A stretch of 32,000 nt of DNA from Nitratidesulfovibrio vulgaris str. Hildenborough (GTDB taxonomy: Bacteria; Desulfobacterota; Desulfovibrionia; Desulfovibrionales; Desulfovibrionaceae), in NCBI RefSeq assembly GCF_000195755.1, contig NC_002937.3, forward strand, positions 2,250,001 to 2,282,000, written 5' to 3'. A model generated the notes under the pieces. It was not told the DNA's origin, did no database searches, and worked only from the letters and a program-made list of their open reading frames with translations. The position numbers were made by a program, and so were the translations under genes. Positions 1 to 7,544 of this stretch are shown here, one piece after another (the stretch's first letter is position 1; each line of letters begins with the position of its first letter).

Positions 1-341
1 GATGATGAGAGGACATGATTCGGGATATGCCAATGGCATCCCAAAAGGGCGACGCGACGCCCCGCCCGCCGCATCAGGATGTTCCATGTGCTATCTCATG
101 CCGGGGCGCACGCTACCAGCCCGCATCCCCCTCCTCGAAGCATCTTGCCGTCGCCCCGAATACGGGATACTCGACCTTGTGCCTTTCGTTCTATCCCTTC
201 TTGCCGCACCTTGGTGACAAAGGGTGGATACGGGAGCGTATTCAGCGGTTTCGCCCTTCGTGCGGCGACTTTTTATTCACGCACAACCCGCTGACTTTTC
301 ACGCAACTTCTGAAAAAATTGATTTTATCGAATCGCGTCGC

Positions 342-370
342 TTGACAGTTCCGGGCTGCTGGCGTAGAAG
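342..370 (+). promoter_or_regulatory. Candidate sigma70-type promoter of the tRNA operon
   Basis: TTGACA at 342-347, a 17-nt spacer, then TAGAAG at 365-370 (4/6 match to TATAAT). An A/T-rich stretch lies upstream at 311-333. The first tRNA starts at 385. Confidence 0.45.
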
Positions 371-384
371 CCTTTCCTCGCTGA

Positions 385-459
<75 letters not shown>

Positions 460-470
460 GCAAATCCGAT

Positions 471-545
<75 letters not shown>

Positions 546-552
546 CATCGGT

Positions 553-627
<75 letters not shown>

Positions 628-659
628 CCGCAACGCCTAGCCCTTCGGGGACACCGCAG

Positions 660-734
660 GCGGGAATAACTCAGCGGTAGAGTGTCAGCTTCCCAAGCTG
701 AAGGTCGCGGGTTCAAATCCCGTTTCCCGCTCCA
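660..734 (+). tRNA. tRNA-Gly (anticodon CCC)
   Basis: Acceptor GCGGGAA/TTCCCGC, anticodon stem TCAGC/GCTGA with loop TTCCCAA (positions 34-36 = CCC), T-arm GCGGG-TTCAAAT-CCCGT, encoded CCA. Confidence 0.93.
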
Positions 735-742
735 AGAAATCA

Positions 743-775
743 AGAGGCTTACGAGCAATCGTAAGCCTCTTTTTC
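743..775 (+). terminator. Intrinsic terminator of the tRNA operon
   Basis: 11-bp perfect stem AGAGGCTTACG / CGTAAGCCTCT with loop AGCAAT, followed by TTTT. Confidence 0.85.
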
Positions 776-827
776 GTTTCCGTGGCTAACCTTTGGCTAA
801 CCAAGTGCCAAAACGCGCGCGCATGAC

Positions 828-1187
828 CTAGCCCTTTTGCATGTCTGCAAGCTCGGTACGCAGGGTCTGGGCCTGTGCTTCGAGGGCTGCTATCTTGGCT
901 TCGTCCTCTGCCGTCGCCGTACCTGCGAGCTTGGCGCGCACGGGGCGCACTGATTGCAGGTCTATGGCGTCGAGTTCGCGCTGGATTTGGGCTTGGCGAT
1001 CTATCTTTGCAAGCTGCGCATACGCAGAATCAAGCTCTGCTTGCGTCGGCTGCGGGTCTGGGAGGTTCCACTGGGTGATGGCGATCTGTCCCCCGGTGTG
1101 TGGACCCTGCTCCAGTCTCCACGCTATGAGCGGGTCGGCTTGTGGGAACATCAGCCGAAGCGCTTCATATATGCGTTCGTTCTGCAT
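828..1187 (-). CDS. Phage protein of unknown function, last gene of the tail module (possibly tail-fibre associated)
   Basis: 119-aa ORF. ATG at 1187 is preceded by GGGAGG. It lies 10 nt downstream of the stop of the 338-aa distal tail gene. Function is inferred from position only. Confidence 0.6.
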   Translation of the reverse strand: MQNERIYEALRLMFPQADPLIAWRLEQGPHTGGQIAITQWNLPDPQPTQAELDSAYAQLAKIDRQAQIQRELDAIDLQSVRPVRAKLAGTATAEDEAKIAALEAQAQTLRTELADMQKG

Positions 1188-1196
1188 AATACCTCC

Positions 1197-2213
1197 CTAG
1201 CGTATGCGGGTTATGGTGGCCCAACCACTCGATGCGTGGATACCCGCTGTCGTGCCATTCGCCTGTACGGTAAAATACATGATGTCACCTGCTTGGCATT
1301 CGCATACCGAGTGCATATACGGGTACAGCCACACGGCTTCGTTAGTGGGCAGTCCGACAAGAAGATTGTCCACATTGGTTACCGAGCCCGCCCTGTTTCT
1401 TTTCAGAAATATGGACGCGAATCCTTGTAGCGTGCCGCTCTCCATCAATGGAAGTTGCAAATCAAAACGGTACGTTCCGCTTTCTTGAATAGTCCACCCG
1501 AGGTCGCCGCTATCAGGAGTCACATTGAGATTACCGCTATTCGGCCCCGTGGTGAGGATGTTCGACAACACCCCGTTTGCCAGAGCTTGTCCGGCGGCGG
1601 TCGTTATCCTGTAATTGTTGTACTTACCGACTTCGGGCGATAGTGCCCCTATCGCACCACGCACCGCCTCCGCAGTCTTCTTCCCCGCCAATACATGCCC
1701 CGCAGCCATGTCAGACGCGGCAGCCGCCAGCGTGGCCGTGACAGCGTTGCCGGTGCATGCCGCAGCCGTAGCCGCCTGTTGCGCCTGCGCCGCCCGCAGG
1801 GGCGGCATCTCTGCCCACGCATCACCCACACGGCGCAGCATGAGCCAGTGCGTCGTCGACAGGGCGCAATCCACACCGCCCAGCAGGGCGATGCCACCCG
1901 CCCCCGTGCCGTGCTTCACCGTCACGGTGCGCCCGCTGTTGGCGGCGCACAGCATGAGCACCGCCCCGGCGTGCATGTTGGTCGTGGCGATGGTGGTAAG
2001 GTCGTCGGCGGACGTACCGCCTTCGGTGTCGACGATGACCGCCGCCCGTGTGGGCGTTATCTGCCCGGTGGCGATGGTGAGCGCCTCGGCCTCGGCAGCA
2101 CCGGGGAGTTGCAGCGTGGACGCCAGCCAGCGTTCGAACTCGACACGCGCCTGTGCCGCCGTCCAGTTCGGGTCCACGTTGAACAATACCGATGCCTGTG
2201 GGAACACAGCCAT
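1197..2213 (-). CDS. Distal tail / candidate receptor-binding (tail fibre) protein
   Basis: 338-aa ORF. ATG at 2213 is preceded by AGGAGG inside the end of the J-like gene. It sits immediately downstream of the host-specificity gene. It has an Ala-rich central linker and a beta-rich C-terminal ~110 aa. Confidence 0.6.
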   Translation of the reverse strand: MAVFPQASVLFNVDPNWTAAQARVEFERWLASTLQLPGAAEAEALTIATGQITPTRAAVIVDTEGGTSADDLTTIATTNMHAGAVLMLCAANSGRTVTVKHGTGAGGIALLGGVDCALSTTHWLMLRRVGDAWAEMPPLRAAQAQQAATAAACTGNAVTATLAAAASDMAAGHVLAGKKTAEAVRGAIGALSPEVGKYNNYRITTAAGQALANGVLSNILTTGPNSGNLNVTPDSGDLGWTIQESGTYRFDLQLPLMESGTLQGFASIFLKRNRAGSVTNVDNLLVGLPTNEAVWLYPYMHSVCECQAGDIMYFTVQANGTTAGIHASSGWATITRIR

Positions 2214-2214
2214 G

Positions 2215-5200
2215 TTAACCTCCTGCCGCGCCCTGTAGGCGGGCGTCGATGCGCCCGGCGACAGGTGCGCCGTTACTGTCTATGCATTGTACGAGCGGGC
2301 CGGATACGACCCGCCCCGCCTCGATGACGCCCTTGTCGAGATAGCGGCATGACGCCGCTGTGCCGCCGTCGAACTCCAGCCCGAACGTGATGGCGCGTAT
2401 CCAGCGGAACAGCCCCGCCGGGACGGGCAGCCTCATGCCGGATGACGGCACGGCCACGCCGTCGAGCGTGATGTCGGCATCCGGTACGTCGAACGTCCAC
2501 TGCACGTCGGCGAACACGCCCTGTGTCCCCCCCCGTGAGGTGACGCGGATGTACACCTCATCGCCCGTGGCCACGTCGAGCATGTCCGGCATGGGGTTCC
2601 ACGCCGTGGGGATGACGCCGCCCCACATGGCTGCGGCCCCCCACATGGGCGAGTCGCCCCACGCCGGACGGCGCGGGCCGTGGGCGTACTCCACGGCGTC
2701 GATCACACCGGCGACCACCTGCACGGCAACGCGCAGCCTCGCGCCCGTGGCCTCCTCCGGCACCAGCAGGCGGGCGACATATGACGCTGGAAGGTACGCA
2801 TCGCCCCACATGGTGGTGGGCGACCACATGGCCCCGCCTGCCCACATCGCACGCGCCCCGGCGGCATGGACCTTGCCGTCAATCCGGATGCCGTCGGCGA
2901 GCGTGCCGGGCCACCCCTGCGCCGCCTCGCTGATGGTGAGCACCACGTTCTGCACGGGCTCGTCACCGAGGTTGACGACGGCGGAGACGGCAGGGCTACG
3001 CAGGCCGATGTCATCCACCGTGCGCACGAAGACGCGCCGCGCCCGACCGGCCCACGGCCCCACGTCGAACCGGCGTTCGGTCAGCAGGCCGGGGGTGAGC
3101 AGCAGCGCACGTTCGACGGGGTCGGTGTCGTCCATGCCCATCAGCACCTCCCAGCCCGCCACGTCCACGGGGGCGTCGTCGGGCATGGTCCAGTACACAT
3201 GCGCCCCCTCAAGGTAGACGCCCGAAGGTGCGGGAGGCGGCGTGGTGCGCCCCACCACGGTATGCCGCTGCGGGGCCGTCCACCCCGACCCGACCCCGAG
3301 GCGGGTGCTGGCCTGCACGCACACCTCGTACTCGACCGACTCCTCGACGCCGTCGGCGTAGACGACGCCATCCTCCACGGCAGCCGACCCGGCCAGCCGC
3401 CACGAACCGCCAGCGGGCCGTACGCGCACCTGTACCGATGCGCCGCCGCTGGCGCGGTAGTCGACGGCGATGCGCGGCACGAGTGCGCCTGACGCCTGCC
3501 GCACGAGCACTGCCTCGTCAGAGCGCAACGACAGCACCGATGGCGGGTGCGGTGGTTTCGCAGGGTCGTCACCCTGCAACGTGATGTTGCTGTCGAACGG
3601 GGGGATGGGTCCGGTGGCGGCATCGAACACGGCGGGGGCATAGTCCACGAGGACAAGCCGCGCCGTGAGGTTCTCGCCCGGCTCGATGCCCTTGACCACC
3701 AGCTGGGCGCACTCGCGCCCCAGCAGGCCGAACAGCCACAGGTCACCGGCCTCGGGCACCTCGCCCGTACCGGAGAGTTGCAGCGTCTGCGAGAGCCCCG
3801 CCACGGTGACCACGTCGCGCACGTGCGAGGCCCCGTCAGCACTGCGCCAGCGGATGCGGTACGCTTGCCCGGCCTCCATGCCCACGGGTTCGTCCACGGT
3901 GAGCACCTGCCCCGCCACGGACTTCACGCGGCCGGAAGCCACGCCCCACATGGGCACGTCGTGCTGCACGACCACGAGGTCGCCGCGTGTGCAGACCAGG
4001 TGCTCCATGTCGGCGTACAGCTCATACTCCTCGGGTCGGAGTCGGGCGCAGGCGATGTGATGACGCCCAAGCACCCACACCTGCTCGGGGTCGGTCACGC
4101 CGGGCAGCTCAAGGCCCTCGAACACGGTGGCGTTGTCCGCATCGTACCCGTCGGCGTAGACGATGCGCTCGTCCTGCTTCCAGTCCTGTGTCGCGTTGAC
4201 GAAGCGGACGCGCCATGCGTGGGGCTGCTGCGGCAACGCCTTGGTGGAGCGGAAGCCCCACGACGTGCGCGGCGAGAAATGCTGCGCCACCCGTGTGCGC
4301 GGCTCGTCGATGACCACCGACCACTTGCCGTTGGGCCGTGCCCGCCCGGCAAGCCCGGCTGCCGCCACGTCGTCCAGCACCTCCTCCACCGATGCCGTGT
4401 AGTCGTGGACGCGGTTGTAGGTCAGGCGGCGACGCTCGCAGAACTCGTGCCAGTAGGCGAGCTGGTCGAGGTCAATGCGGTCGTCGGGCACGGGTCGGGC
4501 GATGGCCGGGCCCTGCAACACGTACCGGAACAGGCTTGCGGGGTTGCTGGTGGGACGGCGCACCCATGTGCGGGTGGCCTTGTCCCAGTCGAGGCACACC
4601 GTCTGGGCGATGCAGTTGAGTTCGTCGAGGGCGCCGTTGAGTTGCCCCGTCGCCCGTATGCGCGTGGAGACGACGCACAACGGGCGCGAGAACCGGAGGG
4701 GCGCAATCTTGCGCGTCGACCGCAGGACGCCCCACCACGTCTCGTCGGCTATCTTGCTGTCGTCCGTGTCTGCGGTGATGCGGCGCACCCGCACGTCGTA
4801 CTGTCCGGTGGGCACGTCCACGCCCACGGTACGCCGCAACGCCGAGGTCTGGGCGGCGGTCATCTCCAGAGACGTGATGGGCAGAGAGAGCGGCGACAGC
4901 GAGAGTTGCGCCCGGTTGTTGGCCGTGCCCGTCGTGTACGTGATGGCGTCGCTGCCCGCTGGCGCGATGATGACGACGCGGGAGACGACGGCCCCGACGA
5001 CGCGCACCTGCACGATGCCCGTGTACCCTGCGGGTGTCGGCTGGGGGCTGTCCACGCCGATGGCCCCGGCCCGCTGCTCGATGCGTCCGGACGCGCTGGA
5101 GCAGATGACATGCCACTGCGGCACGTCGCGCCACTCCATGATGTCGTAGATGTTGCCGTCGACGTATTCGCCGACCTTCACCTGCTGCCGGGCACGCTCG

Positions 5201-6255
5201 AACTGGTAGCTCGTCGCCCCCACCTGCAACGGGCCGCCCAGAGACGCCCACGCCTGCGAGCCCTTGGGCGCGTACTGCGCCTCGATGAGCACCGTGCGCT
5301 CCACCTTCTGGGCGCGGTCGTTGAACTGTACGAGACCGCGCGGGAGCGAGATGTCGATGTCGATGCGGTCGCACGCCTGCGGGGTCGTGCGCATCTGCCA
5401 GCCTCCGGACTGCTTGAGTTGCACGGAGAGGGACTGCTCGTACACGTCATTGGAGTAGTGCGCCGGGCGCGAGGTCTTGTCCGCGAACGGCAGCACCTCG
5501 AGCTGCACGTCGCTGTAGGCGTTGATGTCCGTCTCGCCAAGGCGGAACCCCGTCTCGATCTGCATCTCGGCATAGCCGAGGCAGAACAGTTGCCGCACGT
5601 ACTGGTCGTTGCCGACCACCTCGGTGTAGGGCATGGCGCACTGCGGCGGCACGATGCGATGCCGCCCGAGCAACAGCGGCACCGTGCCCCACGGGCGCAG
5701 CGTGTTGCGTGCGCCCTCGATGGAATAGGTGGGCGAATCGGCCGCGCTCGACGCCGTGCCCTGCGACAGGCTCGCCGGGCGCAGCGGCACCAGCGAGTTG
5801 ATGGCCAGCATCCCCGCCCCGGTGACGGCTGCCGCCACCGCTGCCGAGGCCGCCATGCTCCCGGCGGTATAGGCCGTGACGCCAGCCGCCGTGGTGAACG
5901 TGGTGCCATACGTCGCCAGATAGTATTGCTGCGAGACGACCGCGAGGGCGATGACGGCGACGGTGAGCAGCCCGCGCAACGCCTTGCTGCCGCCTCCGCC
6001 CCCGGCGGGCACGAGGCGATAAGTGACTGTGCTCCCGGCGCGTGGCGTGACGTCGGCCCACCTGTCACGCGGGACGTACTCCCCGTCCACGAACGCATGA
6101 CCGCAGCCGCGCAACGCCTCCGGTACGCCCATGTCGTCGAGGCCGCGCACGACGATGGATTCGAGCGTGCCCCCCACGGGCACGACATCATGCACCCGGT
6201 CGCCGGGGCGGAACGGATGCGGGCACCCGGTGACGGATACGACATCAGCCTTCAT
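2215..6255 (-). CDS. Host-specificity / central tail fibre protein (lambda J-like) with an N-terminal gpI-like module
   Basis: 1346 aa measured from the ATG at 6255 (RBS AGGGAG upstream; overlaps the K-like stop by 11 nt). Size and position after M-L-K match the lambda order. The N-terminal ~200 aa (VPAGGGGGSK, then a hydrophobic Ala/Val-rich stretch, then GTVPLLLGRHRIVP) resemble lambda tail assembly protein I. The tracked ORF start at 6318 is probably an artefactual extension. Confidence 0.85.
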   Translation of the reverse strand: MKADVVSVTGCPHPFRPGDRVHDVVPVGGTLESIVVRGLDDMGVPEALRGCGHAFVDGEYVPRDRWADVTPRAGSTVTYRLVPAGGGGGSKALRGLLTVAVIALAVVSQQYYLATYGTTFTTAAGVTAYTAGSMAASAAVAAAVTGAGMLAINSLVPLRPASLSQGTASSAADSPTYSIEGARNTLRPWGTVPLLLGRHRIVPPQCAMPYTEVVGNDQYVRQLFCLGYAEMQIETGFRLGETDINAYSDVQLEVLPFADKTSRPAHYSNDVYEQSLSVQLKQSGGWQMRTTPQACDRIDIDISLPRGLVQFNDRAQKVERTVLIEAQYAPKGSQAWASLGGPLQVGATSYQFERARQQVKVGEYVDGNIYDIMEWRDVPQWHVICSSASGRIEQRAGAIGVDSPQPTPAGYTGIVQVRVVGAVVSRVVIIAPAGSDAITYTTGTANNRAQLSLSPLSLPITSLEMTAAQTSALRRTVGVDVPTGQYDVRVRRITADTDDSKIADETWWGVLRSTRKIAPLRFSRPLCVVSTRIRATGQLNGALDELNCIAQTVCLDWDKATRTWVRRPTSNPASLFRYVLQGPAIARPVPDDRIDLDQLAYWHEFCERRRLTYNRVHDYTASVEEVLDDVAAAGLAGRARPNGKWSVVIDEPRTRVAQHFSPRTSWGFRSTKALPQQPHAWRVRFVNATQDWKQDERIVYADGYDADNATVFEGLELPGVTDPEQVWVLGRHHIACARLRPEEYELYADMEHLVCTRGDLVVVQHDVPMWGVASGRVKSVAGQVLTVDEPVGMEAGQAYRIRWRSADGASHVRDVVTVAGLSQTLQLSGTGEVPEAGDLWLFGLLGRECAQLVVKGIEPGENLTARLVLVDYAPAVFDAATGPIPPFDSNITLQGDDPAKPPHPPSVLSLRSDEAVLVRQASGALVPRIAVDYRASGGASVQVRVRPAGGSWRLAGSAAVEDGVVYADGVEESVEYEVCVQASTRLGVGSGWTAPQRHTVVGRTTPPPAPSGVYLEGAHVYWTMPDDAPVDVAGWEVLMGMDDTDPVERALLLTPGLLTERRFDVGPWAGRARRVFVRTVDDIGLRSPAVSAVVNLGDEPVQNVVLTISEAAQGWPGTLADGIRIDGKVHAAGARAMWAGGAMWSPTTMWGDAYLPASYVARLLVPEEATGARLRVAVQVVAGVIDAVEYAHGPRRPAWGDSPMWGAAAMWGGVIPTAWNPMPDMLDVATGDEVYIRVTSRGGTQGVFADVQWTFDVPDADITLDGVAVPSSGMRLPVPAGLFRWIRAITFGLEFDGGTAASCRYLDKGVIEAGRVVSGPLVQCIDSNGAPVAGRIDARLQGAAGG

Positions 6256-6670
6256 GGCGGTACACTCCCTCCAGACGTGAGAGCCAACGGGGTGCCCGGT
6301 ACTGCTCCGTGCAGGCATCGATGCCCTTGCAGACGTGGAGCATGTAGCGGGCGTCGCCTATCACCACGCCGACATGGAGCGGCAGCCCGCCGATGCGGAA
6401 GAGCACCACGTCACCCTCTCTCGCGTCGCCGGGCGGGACGATGCGCCACCCGGCCATGTTGCTGTCGATGGCCCCGGCGATGCCCGCGTTATCGGCGGTG
6501 CTGGTGTAGTCGTCGGTGTAGCTCGGCAGGTCGATGCCGAACTGCTCGTGCAGCACGAGGCGCACAAGGCCCCAGCAGTCGCACCCCTCACGGGTGCGGC
6601 CCTTGTCTGCGAAGGGCAGGCCCACATACTCGTTCCACCACTGGGTTCGGCACTGGTCGCGGCACTGCAT
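6245..6670 (-). CDS. Tail assembly protein with NlpC/P60 (C40 peptidase) fold, lambda K-like
   Basis: The CDCWGLVRLV motif (catalytic Cys context) and a downstream HVGVVI motif are typical of NlpC/P60. ATG at 6670 forms an ATGA overlap with the upstream stop. Confidence 0.8.
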   Translation of the reverse strand: MQCRDQCRTQWWNEYVGLPFADKGRTREGCDCWGLVRLVLHEQFGIDLPSYTDDYTSTADNAGIAGAIDSNMAGWRIVPPGDAREGDVVLFRIGGLPLHVGVVIGDARYMLHVCKGIDACTEQYRAPRWLSRLEGVYRHEG

Positions 6671-7179
6671 CAGAACATCCCCGGAAACTCTGCTGGGTTG
6701 AACGTGCCCGCCGGGCATGGTTCGGTGGTGAACTCCGTCACGGAGAGCGTGCCGGAGATGCTCATGGCATCGTAGGTGACGGACGAGAGCGCGAAGCCGG
6801 GGAACACGGCCTCAACCACGTCGGGCGTGGAGGCCATGACCATCTCCAGCGTTATCTCCGGCGCACTGGTCAGGGCGCGGATGGTGGGCACCATCTCCCG
6901 CCCCACGTTGTCTATGGTGATGCTGGTCTGGGGTGTCTCCTCCGCGCTGTCGTTGGGCAGCGAGATGGAGAACGGTACGAAGACGAACGTCTCGGCGCGG
7001 CTCACCGTGCCGTAGACCACCTCCTCATCGGTGACGACGGTGCGCTGTGTCGGGTCGGACGAGATGCGCAGCGGCGCAGCCAGCGACGGGTGCATGATGG
7101 TGATGAGCAGTATCGGGTAGTCGCCCGTCTCCTCGGCGTAGATGGCGCGGAGCATGGATGAGGACAGCGTGCGGCTCAC
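6670..7179 (-). CDS. Minor tail protein (lambda L-like / DUF1833-like)
   Basis: 169-aa ORF between the M-like and K-like genes. GTG start at 7179 is preceded by GGAGGTG and forms a GTGA overlap with the upstream stop. Confidence 0.7.
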   Translation of the reverse strand: MSRTLSSSMLRAIYAEETGDYPILLITIMHPSLAAPLRISSDPTQRTVVTDEEVVYGTVSRAETFVFVPFSISLPNDSAEETPQTSITIDNVGREMVPTIRALTSAPEITLEMVMASTPDVVEAVFPGFALSSVTYDAMSISGTLSVTEFTTEPCPAGTFNPAEFPGMF

Positions 7180-7544
7180 GGCAGCACCTCCAGCGAGAGG
7201 CTCGCCACCCAGTGGCTCACCCCCAGCGGCGTGAGCGTGTACAGGCTCTCACCCGTGCCCCGCAGGCGGCATTCGATGGCTCCTTTCGTGCGCGGGTGCA
7301 CCCACATGAACCGCAAGGCCCCGCCGGACAGCGTGTCGTACACGAACGCCCGCAACGTCTCGGCCTGTTCCGCAGCCAGATACAATGACACCTGCATGAC
7401 CCAGGGGCGTGCCGCACCCCTGCGCCGCACCTTGGCGGGGCCTGTATCCATGCTCGTCCGCAACGTCAGGTCGGGTGCCTGTTCCTGATAGCCGTCAGCA
7501 AGGGGGGCCTGCGGCAACGAATCTGGCCAACGCGCGATCATCAT
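7176..7544 (-). CDS. Minor tail protein (lambda M-like position)
   Basis: 122-aa ORF directly after the tape measure, with tandem ATG ATG at 7544/7541 overlapping the tape-measure TGA. GAGGAGGGG lies upstream. Confidence 0.65.
   Translation of the reverse strand: MMIARWPDSLPQAPLADGYQEQAPDLTLRTSMDTGPAKVRRRGAARPWVMQVSLYLAAEQAETLRAFVYDTLSGGALRFMWVHPRTKGAIECRLRGTGESLYTLTPLGVSHWVASLSLEVLP

Noticed and set aside
1197-6255. Diversity-generating retroelement or invertible-segment control of the tail fibre genes
   Set aside because: No reverse transcriptase or invertase gene, and no template/variable repeat pair, is visible in or near the tail module.
3547-7161. 1204-aa plus-strand ORF
   Set aside because: It is antisense to the J-, K- and L-like genes. 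Its composition is dominated by Arg/Gly/Ala/His/Pro and it has no motifs. This is the classic shadow ORF of a high-GC coding region. The many other 60-350-aa ORFs overlapping phage genes between 840 and 19835 in alternative frames were rejected for the same reason.
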